Shown piece after piece: positions 36,893 through 47,000 of a stretch of 64,000 nucleotides of DNA; positions within the stretch are counted from its first letter, which is position 1; every line of letters begins with the position of its first letter. Below the pieces are notes generated by a model, which was not told the origin of the DNA, searched no databases, and was given only the letters and a program-made list of their open reading frames with translations. Made by a program: the position numbers and the translations under genes. This DNA is from Balanoglossus misakiensis (Eukaryota > Animalia > Hemichordata), in contig CM082584.2 in assembly GCA_040954595.2 (NCBI GenBank), positions 372,001-436,000 on the forward strand, given 5' to 3'.

Positions 36893-37852
36893 CTACCGAG
36901 CTGGTTCTTTAATTTCAACGATCTGGGCCGTTTCTTCGTTAACTTTGTAAGTTTTCCTCTGTCCGTTATCATCGACGTATGTCAACTTGTCATAGCGTAT
37001 TTGTACCTTCAAAGATGGATTATCATCAAGCAGTGACTTACGAAAAGATAGTAGCCTTGACCGAATTGCGCGTATTCGCTTAGAAAAATCTTCCCCGATA
37101 CTCATGTCCGTACCTTTCAGCTTGCTAGCGGCCGAGAAAACTCTTGACTTGTCCTTGAAGCGTGTAAACATGGCGATGATTGGCTTTGAACCACGGATTT
37201 CTGGTGCGTTGGAAATTCGATGAACTCTCTCAAAATCAATGTCTTCAGTGATACCAAGGTTATTTGATAGAATGGATTTTACCTTTTCTTCCGACGTGTT
37301 CCAGGTCTCGTTTGGTTCATCTTGACTAACACCATAGAATACCAGGTTGTTTCGTCTGCTTCTATTTTCTAGGTCGTCATTTGCACGTCGTAGAACACAG
37401 TTGTCTTTCCTTAGTTGGTCTAACGTCGAGGTAATCCCACCAATAGCTTCATGTTTAGATTCTATGTCGGCAAGTTTCGTTGAATTATTTTGTAAGTTAT
37501 CACGTAGTTCTGCAATGTCGTCCTCTATGCCGTCCATTCGGTTCTGTAACAGCTCTAACTTTTGGTGAACGAATTCCGATTCGGCAATTATTTTATCAAG
37601 TTTTTCATGAATCCCAACGATATCATCCTTTGTAGCCAAATCAGCTTTGGATCTTGGAGGCCCAGGATTACGCTCTATGTCACCTGCAACCACCAGCAGC
37701 AAAACAAGGCACAGCTTGACGGACAGTGATACGTGGCAGTTCATTAGCGGTACAGTGAGAGAAGCCATCTTGAATGACTTAGTGTGACGGAAAGGGTTAC
37801 CTCCTCCAAAAGAGCCTATTTTGGCCCGATATTGAGCTGTAGAGATTCCCAT
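36893..37852 (-). CDS. LINE ORF1p: N-terminal leader with 2A-like peptide, coiled coil, L1-type (Transposase_22-like) RRM/CTD
   Basis: 319 aa. Heptad-rich segment followed by LENRSRRNNLVFYGV, IDFERVHRI, KPIIAMFTRFKDK and IGEDFSKRIRAIR, which are hallmark motifs of L1-type ORF1p. Confidence 0.92.
   Translation of the reverse strand: MGISTAQYRAKIGSFGGGNPFRHTKSFKMASLTVPLMNCHVSLSVKLCLVLLLVVAGDIERNPGPPRSKADLATKDDIVGIHEKLDKIIAESEFVHQKLELLQNRMDGIEDDIAELRDNLQNNSTKLADIESKHEAIGGITSTLDQLRKDNCVLRRANDDLENRSRRNNLVFYGVSQDEPNETWNTSEEKVKSILSNNLGITEDIDFERVHRISNAPEIRGSKPIIAMFTRFKDKSRVFSAASKLKGTDMSIGEDFSKRIRAIRSRLLSFRKSLLDDNPSLKVQIRYDKLTYVDDNGQRKTYKVNEETAQIVEIKEPAR
37658..37681 (-). other. 2A-like StopGo motif DIERNPG|P
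   Basis: ORF1 residues 58-65 match D(V/I)ExNPGP exactly and are preceded by the hydrophobic LLLVVAG, as in viral 2A peptides. Confidence 0.88.
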
Positions 37853-38004
37853 TTCACGGTAGAGTGTCTGGGTGATGTGTTGTACCTTTCACACTCGGTA
37901 ACAATTCAAAAACCAGGTCGGGGACAGCGTTTTCGATGAAATTTTGGAGAGCTGGTCTGTCACACGTGTAGCATGCTCGGCAGTTACGTAACGCCCCATC
38001 AACG

Positions 38005-41000
38005 TGATCAACGTGGTCAATGTACGCCTGTTTCTGCTCTAGAGTGCCGGGGCTTCAGCTGAGCCAGGCCGTGGGAAACCCGACGTGATTACCGTTGTTA
38101 ACTTACGCCAGTTTGTGTCCTATATATAGTGCCGGGGCATCAGCCGTGCCAGGCCGAAGGAAATGTGAGTAGATCAACGTGGTCTCTGTACGCGTGTTTC
38201 TGCTCTAGAGTGCCAGGGCTTTAGCCAAGCCATGCCGTAGGAAATCTGACTTGATCAACGTTGCTAACGAACGCTAATGTCTGTCATAGTGTGCCGGGGT
38301 TTTAGTCGAGCCAAGCCGTAGGAGATCAGACTTGATCAACGTGGTCTCTGTACGCGTGTTTCTGCTCTAGAGTGCCGGGGCTTTATCCAACCCATGCCGT
38401 AGAAAATCTGACTTGATCACCGTTGCTAACGTACGCTAGTGTCTGTCATATTGTGACGGAGATTTAGCCGAGCCAGGCCGTAGAAAAATCGACTTGTTCA
38501 ACGTTACCAGTGTGCAACTGTTTCTGCTCTAGAGTGTCAGGGTTTTAGCCGACTTATGCTGTAGGAAATCTGAGTTGATGAACGGGAATTCAATGTTAGA
38601 AAACCCGTGTGGAAAGTATCTCTACCCGTTTGAAACTAAGAAAAGAATTTATTCTTATTTATTTTGTAAAAAAGACAATTTTTCGAAAAAAAGTCGAAAA
38701 ATTGCAATTTTGTCTTGGGTGATTCAAATTATACCGCCTTTTCTGGAATTTGCAGCACTTTTTACAAGAGAACGACACTTCATGCTCCATAATATTTCCG
38801 AAAATGAAGAAAAGAGTTAATTTTTTATGATTTTTCAAAAATTTACCATTTTTGTCAAAATATGGCCAAAATGGCTATTTTTCTTGAATTCCGTCAATAT
38901 CTCTGCATTTTTGGAGTGGTCGAGAGTTTTAACATACAATCAACATGTCATATATGATCAGGGCACCAAATTCGAAGAATAAAGGTTTTTTTATTTTTTT
39001 TTCTAAAAATGACATTTTCAAGGAAAATTTGGTAAAACGCAATTTTGTCTGCAGTGAGCCAAATTAGACGGTCTTTTGTGGAATTTGTATCGATATATAC
39101 ATACGAAGGGCATTCTATACTCCATCAGATTTCCGAAAATGTAGAAAACAGGTATTTTTTGTAATTTTCAAAAATTTGCCATTTTGACCAAATTGTGGCT
39201 AAAATTGTTATTTTCGTGATGAATGCCGCCAGTGTCACTGCTTTTAAAAGCCATAAAAACTTTTAACACACAAGCAATTGTTTATATATGATCAGGTCAC
39301 CGAATTAAAAATATAAAGAATGTTTTGCCTAAAAATGACCTTTTTGGTGCAAAAACGAATAAAACGCAATCTTTTATTAAATCAGTTCATTCAGAGTGCA
39401 TGTTTTATAATAAGCACCATTTTTACATATAATGGAAATTTCATACATCATCAGATATCCAAATATGAAAAAATGATTTAGATTTTAGATGATTGTCCAA
39501 AAGTAGCTGATATCTAATAAATATAGTATTGAACCGTTCTGTTCCCCCCCCCCCCTACATTAAATGCGGTACGCCGATGTCAGCTTACCCGTCAGTACTG
39601 CAGGCCGTGCCCACAACAAACGTCGGTGTTTGAAACGCCCTGGTTAAATTCGGGCTCTCTCTATAAATTGACAGGCAATAATGCAGTCCTACCCGAACAA
39701 ATGTCGAGTGTTGACCCGCTGTGACTTTCCCTCTTCGGTTTGCCCGACTTAGCCAACGTCTTTGTACTAATGTGTCGGGTCTTTTGCAGAGCCAGGCCGA
39801 AGGAAATCCGACTTGATCACCGTTGCTAACGAACGCTAGTGTCTGTCATGGTGTGCCGGGGTTTTAGAAGAGCCAGGCCGTAGGAGATCTGACTTGATCA
39901 TCGTGGTCAATGTACGCGTGTTTCCGCTCTAAAGTGCCGGGGCTTCAGCTAAACCATGCCGTAGGAAATCCGACGTAATCACCGTTGATAACTTACGCCA
40001 GTCTGTGTCATATAGAGCCGGTGCACCAGCCGAATCACGCCGTAGGAAATCTGACTTGATCAACGTGGTCAATGTACGCCTGTTTCTGCTCTAGAGTGCC
40101 GGGGCTTCAGCTGAGACAGGCCGTAGGAAACCCGACGTGATTACCGTTGTTAACTTACGCCAGTCTGTGTCCTATATATAGTGCCGGGGCATCAGCCGTG
40201 CCAGGCCGAAGGAAATGTGAGTAGATCAACGTGGTCTCTGTACGCGTGTTTCTGCTCTAGAGTGCCGGGGCTTTATCCAAGCCATGCCGTAGAAAATCTG
40301 ACTTGATCACCGTTGCTAACGTACGATAGTGTCTGTCATAGTGTGCCGGGGTTTTAGTCGAGCCAAGCCGTAGGAGATCAGACTTCATCAACGTGGTCTC
40401 TGTACGCGTGTTTCTGCTCTAGAGTGCCGGGGCTTTATCCAAGCCATGCCGTAGAAAATCTGACTTGATCACCGTTGCTAACGTACGCTAGTGTCTGTCA
40501 TATTGTGACGGAGATTTAGCCGAGCCAGGCCGTAGAAAAATCGACTTGTTCAACGTTACCAGTGTGCAACTGTTTCTGCTCTAGAGTGTCAGGGTTTTAG
40601 CCGACTTATGCTGTAGGAAATCTGAGTTGATGAACGGGAATTCAATGTTAGAAAACCCGTGTGGAAAGTATCTCTACCCGTTTGGAACTATGAAAAGAAT
40701 TTATTCTTATTTATTTTGTGAAACAAGACAATTTTTCGAAAAAAAATCGAAAATGGTAATTTTGACTTGGGTGATTCAAATTATACCACATTTTCTGGAA
40801 TTTGCAGCACTTTTTACAAGAGAACGACACTTCATGCTCCATAATATTTCCGAAAATGAAGAAAAGAGTTTATTTTTTATGATTTTTTAAAAATGTACCA
40901 TTTTGTCAAAATATGGCCAAAATGGCTATTTTTTCTTGAATTCCGTCAATATCTCTGCATTTTTGGAGTGGTCGAAAGTTTTAACATACAATCAACATGT

Positions 41001-44000
41001 CATATATGATCAGGGCACCAAATTCGAAGAACGAAGGTTGTTTTATTTTATTTTTCTAAAAATGACATTTTCAAGGAAAATTTGGTAAAACGCAATTTTG
41101 TCTGCAGTGAGCCAAATTAGACGGTCTTTTGTGGAATTTGTATCGATATATATATACGAAGAGCATTCTATACTCCATCAGATTTCCGAAAATGTAGAAA
41201 CCAGGTATTTTTTGTAATTTTCAAAAATTTACCATTTTGACCAAATTGTGGTTAAAATTGTTATTTTCGTGTTGAATGCCGCCAGTGTCACTGCTTTTAA
41301 AAGTCATAAAAACTTTTAACATGCAAGCAATTGCTTATATATGATCAGGCCACCGAATTAAAAAAATAAAGAATGTTTTGCCTAAAAATGACCTTTTTGG
41401 TGCAAAAACGAATAAAACGCAATTTTGTATTAAATCAGCTCATTCAGAGTGCATTTTTTATAATCAGCACCATTTTTACATATATTGGAAATTTCATACA
41501 TCATCAGATATCCAAATATGAAAAAATGATTTAGATTTTAGATGATTGTCCAAAATTAGCTGATATCTAATAAATGTAGTATTGAACCGTTCTGTCCCCC
41601 CCTACATTATATGCGGTACGCCGATGTCAGCTTACCCGGCAGTACTGCAGGCCGTGCCCCCAAATAACGTCGGTGTGTGAAACGCCCTGGTTAAATTCGG
41701 GCTTTCTCTATAAATTAACAGGCAATAATGCAGTCCTACCCGAACAAATGTCGAGTGTTGACCCGCTGTGACTTTCCCTCTTCGGTTTGCCCGACTTAGC
41801 CAACGTCTTTGTACTAATGTGTCGGGTCTTTTGCAGAGCCAGGCCGAAGGAAATCCGACTTGATCACCGTTGCTAACGAACGCTAGTGTCTGTCATGGTG
41901 TGCCGGGGTTTTAGTCGAGCCAGGCCGTAGGAGATCTGACTTGATCATCGTGGTCAATGTACGCGTGTTTCCGCTCTAAAGTGCCGGGGCTTCAGCTAAA
42001 CCATGCCGTAGGAAATCCGACGTAATCACCGTTGATAACTTACGCCAGTCTGTGTCATATAGAGCCGGTGCACCAGCCGAATCACGCCGTAGGAAATCTG
42101 ACTTGATCAACGTGGTCAATGTACGCCTGTTTCTGCTCTAGAGTGCCGGGGCTTCAGCTGAGCCAGGCCGTAGGAAACCCGACGTGATTACCGTTGTTAA
42201 CTTACGCCAGTCTGTGTCCTATATATAGTGCCGGGGCATCAGCCGTGCCAGGCCTAAGGAAATGTGAGTAGACCAACGTGGTCTCTGTACGCGTGTTTCT
42301 GCTCTAGAGTGCCGGGGCTTTATCCAAGCCATGCCGTAGAAAATCTGACTTGATCACCGTTGCTAACGTACGATAGTGTCTGTCATAGTGTGCCGGGGTT
42401 TTAGTCGAGCCAAGCCGTAGGAGATCAGACTTCATCAACGTGGTCTCTGTACGCGTGTTTCTGCTCTAGAGTGCCGGGGCTTTATCCAAGCCATGCCGTA
42501 GAAAATCTGACTTGATCACCGTTGCTAACGTACGCTAGTGTCTGTCATATTGTGACGGAGATTTAGCCGAGCCAGGCCGTAGAAAAATCGACTTGTTCAA
42601 CGTTACCAGTGTGCAACTGTTTCTGCTCTAGAGTGTCAGGGTTTTAGCCGACTTATGCTGTAGGAAATCTGAGTTGATGAACGGGAATTCAATGTTAGAA
42701 AACCCGTGTGGAAAGTATCTCCTCCCGTTTGAAACTAAGAAAAGAATTTATTCTTATTTATTTTGTTAAAAAGACAATTTTTCGAAAAAAAGTCGAAAAT
42801 GGTAATTTTGTCTTGGGTGATTCAAATTATACCACCTTTTCTGGAATTTGCAGCACTTTTTACAAGAGAACGACACTTCATGCTCCATAATATTTCCGAA
42901 AATGAAGAAAATAGTTAATTTTTTATGATTTTTTAAAAATTTACCATTTTTGTCAAAATATGGCCAAAATGGCTATTTTTTCTTGAATTCCGTCAATATC
43001 TCTGCATTTTTGGAGTGGTCGAAAGTTTTAACATACAATCAACATGTCATATATGATCAGGGCACCACATTTGAAGAACAAAGGTTTTTTTATTTTTTTT
43101 TCTAAAAATGACATTTTCAAGGAAAATTTGGTAAAACGCAATTTTGTCTGCAGTGAGCCAAATTAGACGGTCTTTTGTGGAATTTGTATCGATATATACA
43201 TACGAAGAGCATTCTATACTCCATCAGATTTCCAAAAATGTAGAAAACAGGTATTTTTTGTAATTTTCAAAAATTTACCATTTTGACCAAATTGTGGCTA
43301 AAATTGTTATTTTCGTGTTGAATGCCGCCAGAGTCACTGCTTTTAAAAGTCATAAAAACTTTTAACATACAAGCAATTGTTTATATATGATCAGGTCACC
43401 GAATTAAAAAAATAAAGAATGTTTTGCCTAAAAATGACCTTTTTGGTGCAAAAACGAATAAAACGCAATTTTGTATTAAATCAGCTCATTCAGAGTGCAT
43501 TTTTTATAATCAGCACCATTTTTACATATATTGGAAATTTCATACATCATCAGATATCCAAATATGAAAAAATGATTTAGATTTTAGATGATTGTCCAAA
43601 ATTAGCTGATATCTAATAAATGTAGTATTGAACCGTTCTGTCCCCCCCTACATTATATGCGGTACGCCGATGTCAGCTTACCCGGCAGTACTGCAGGCCG
43701 CGCCCCCAAATAACGTCGGTGTGTGAAACGCCCTGGTTAAATTCGGGCTTTCTCTATAAATTAACAGGCAATAATGCAGTCCTACCCGAACAAATGTCGA
43801 GTGTTGACCCGCTGTGACTTTCCCTCTTCGGTTTGCCCGACTTAGCCAACGTCTTTGTACTAGAGGGTCGGGTCTTTTGCCGAGCCAGGCCGAAGGAAAT
43901 CCGACTTGATCACCGTTGCTAACGAACGCTAGTGTCTGTCGTGGTGTGCCGGGGTTTTAGTCGAACCAGGCCGTAGGAAATCTGACTTGATCAACGTGGT

Positions 44001-47000
44001 CAATGTACGCGTGTTTCCGCTCTAAAGTGCCGGGGCTTCAGCTAAACCATGCCGTAGGAAATCCGACGTAATCACCGTTGATAACTTACGCCAGTCTGTG
44101 TCATATAGAGCCGGTGCACCAGCCGAATCACGCCGTAGGAAATCTGACTTGATCAACGTGGTCAATGTACGCCTGTTTCTGCTCTAGAGTGCCGGGGCTT
44201 CAGCTGAGCCAGGCCGTAGGAAACCCGACGTGATTACCGTTGTTAACTTACGCCAGTCTGTGTCCTATATATAGTGCCGGGGCATCAGCCGTGCCAGGCC
44301 GAAGGAAATGTGAGTAGATCAACGTGGTCTCTGTACGCGTGTTTCTGCTCTAGAGTGCCGGGGCTTTATCCAAGCCATGCCGTAGAAAATCTGACTTGAT
44401 CACCGTTGCTAACGTACGATAGTGTCTGTCATAGTGTGCCGGGGTTTTAGTCGAGCCAAGCCGTAGGAGATCAGACTTCATCAACGTGGTCTCTGTACGC
44501 GTGTTTCCGCTCTAAAGTGCCGGGGCTTCAGCTAAACCATGCCGTAGGAAATCCGACGTAATCACCGTTGATAACTTACGCCAGTCTGTGTCATATAGAG
44601 CCGGTGCACCAGCCGAATCACGCCGTAGGAAATCTGACTTGATCAACGTGGTCAATGTACGCCTGTTTCTGCTCTAGAGTGCCGGGGCTTCAGCTGAGCC
44701 AGGCCGTAGGAAACCCGACGTGATTACCGTTGTTAACTTACGCCAGTCTGTGTCCTATATATAGTGCCGGGGCATCAGCCGTGCCAGGCCGAAGGAAATG
44801 TGAGTAGATCAACGTGGTCTCTGTACGCGTGTTTCTGCTCTAGAGTGCCGGGGCTTTATCCAAGCCATGCCGTAGAAAATCCGACTTGATCACCGTTGCT
44901 AACGAACGCTAGTGTCTGTCATGGTGTGCCGGGGTTTTAGTCGAGCCAGGCCGTAGGAGATCTGACTTGATCATCGTGGTCAATGTACGCGTGTTTCCGC
45001 TCTAAAGTGCCGGGGCTTCAGCTAAACCATGCCGTAGGAAATCCGACGTAATCACCGTTGATAACTTACGCCAGTCTGTGTCATATAGAGCCGGTGCACC
45101 AGCCGAATCACGCCGTAGGAAATCTGACTTGATCAACGTGGTCAATGTACGCCTGTTTCTGCTCTAGAGTGCCGGGGCTTCAGCTGAGCCAGGCCGTAGG
45201 AAACCCGACGTGATTACCGTTGTTAACTTACGCCAGTCTGTGTCCTATATATAGTGCCGGGGCATCAGCCGTGCCAGGCCGAAGGAAATGTGAGTAGACC
45301 AACGTGGTCTCTGTACGCGTGTTTCTGCTCTAGAGTGCCGGGGCTTTATCCAAGCCATGCCGTAGAAAATCTGACTTGATCACCGTTGCTAACGTACGAT
45401 AGTGTCTGTCATAGTGTGCCGGGGTTTTAGTCGAGCCAAGCCGTAGGAGATCAGACTTCATCAACGTGGTCTCTGTACGCGTGTTTCTGCTCTAGAGTGC
45501 CGGGGCTTTATCCAAGCCATGCCGTAGAAAATCTGACTTGATCACCGTTGCTAACGTACGCTAGTGTCTGTCATATTGTGACGGAGATTTAGCCGAGCCA
45601 GGCCGTAGAAAAATCGACTTGTTCAACGTTACCAGTGTGCAACTGTTTCTGCTCTAGAGTGTCAGGGTTTTAGCCGACTTATGCTGTAGGAAATCTGAGT
45701 TGATGAACGGGAATTCAATGTTAGAAAACCCGTGTGGAAAGTATCTCCTCCCGTTTGAAACTAAGAAAAGAATTTATTCTTATTTATTTTGTTAAAAAGA
45801 CAATTTTTCGAAAAAAAGTCGAAAATGGTAATTTTGTCTTGGGTGATTCAAATTATACCACCTTTTCTGGAATTTGCAGCACTTTTTACAAGAGAACGAC
45901 ACTTCATGCTCCATAATATTTCCGAAAATGAAGAAAATAGTTAATTTTTTATGATTTTTTAAAAATTTACCATTTTTGTCAAAATATGGCCAAAATGGCT
46001 ATTTTTTCTTGAATTCCGTCAATATCTCTGCATTTTTGGAGTGGTCGAAAGTTTTAACATACAATCAACATGTCATATATGATCAGGGCACCACATTTGA
46101 AGAACAAAGGTTTTTTTATTTTTTTTTCTAAAAATGACATTTTCAAGGAAAATTTGGTAAAACGCAATTTTGTCTGCAGTGAGCCAAATTAGACGGTCTT
46201 TTGTGGAATTTGTATCGATATATACATACGAAGAGCATTCTATACTCCATCAGATTTCCAAAAATGTAGAAAACAGGTATTTTTTGTAATTTTCAAAAAT
46301 TTACCATTTTGACCAAATTGTGGCTAAAATTGTTATTTTCGTGTTGAATGCCGCCAGAGTCACTGCTTTTAAAAGTCATAAAAACTTTTAACATACAAGC
46401 AATTGTTTATATATGATCAGGTCACCGAATTAAAAAAATAAAGAATGTTTTGCCTAAAAATGACCTTTTTGGTGCAAAAACGAATAAAACGCAATTTTGT
46501 ATTAAATCAGCTCATTCAGAGTGCATTTTTTATAATCAGCACCATTTTTACATATATTGGAAATTTCATACATCATCAGATATCCAAATATGAAAAAATG
46601 ATTTAGATTTTAGATGATTGTCCAAAATTAGCTGATATCTAATAAATGTAGTATTGAACCGTTCTGTCCCCCCCTACATTATATGCGGTACGCCGATGTC
46701 AGCTTACCCGGCAGTACTGCAGGCCGCGCCCCCAAATAACGTCGGTGTGTGAAACGCCCTGGTTAAATTCGGGCTTTCTCTATAAATTAACAGGCAATAA
46801 TGCAGTCCTACCCGAACAAATGTCGAGTGTTGACCCGCTGTGACTTTCCCTCTTCGGTTTGCCCGACTTAGCCAACGTCTTTGTACTAGAGGGTCGGGTC
46901 TTTTGCCGAGCCAGGCCGAAGGAAATCCGACTTGATCACCGTTGCTAACGAACGCTAGTGTCTGTCGTGGTGTGCCGGGGTTTTAGTCGAACCAGGCCGT

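Larger units (their letters stand above)
33272..38004 (-). mobile_element. Full-length APE-type non-LTR retrotransposon (LINE), probably RTEX-like (clade tentative)
   Basis: ~145-bp 5'UTR, ORF1, APE endonuclease, RT, C-terminal CCHC finger, ~136-bp 3'UTR with AATAAA and a short ATTATTATA tail. TSD TGATCAA at 33265-33271 and 38005-38011. The clade guess rests on recalled motifs (PILSYGAEIWG, GECGRLP, LAIEEGR, EDEYHFLVIC), not on a tree. Confidence 0.95.

Noticed and set aside
36893-36895. Alternative genetic code (TAG/TAA as sense) explaining the in-frame TAG
   Set aside because: About 2,200 codons of Gag, ORF1, endonuclease and RT contain no other internal TAA/TAG, which fits the standard code.
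36678-37568. Plus-strand ORFs 36678-36950 and 37347-37568
   Set aside because: Antisense shadows of LINE ORF1/ORF2 with TTG starts and no motifs.
37853-37997. HDV-like ribozyme in the LINE 5'UTR (starts GGGGCG; as in L1Tc/R2)
   Set aside because: Only partial pairing (GCGTT/AACGC, GGGG/CCCC) was found, and I could not build the nested double pseudoknot by eye. A descriptor search would settle it.
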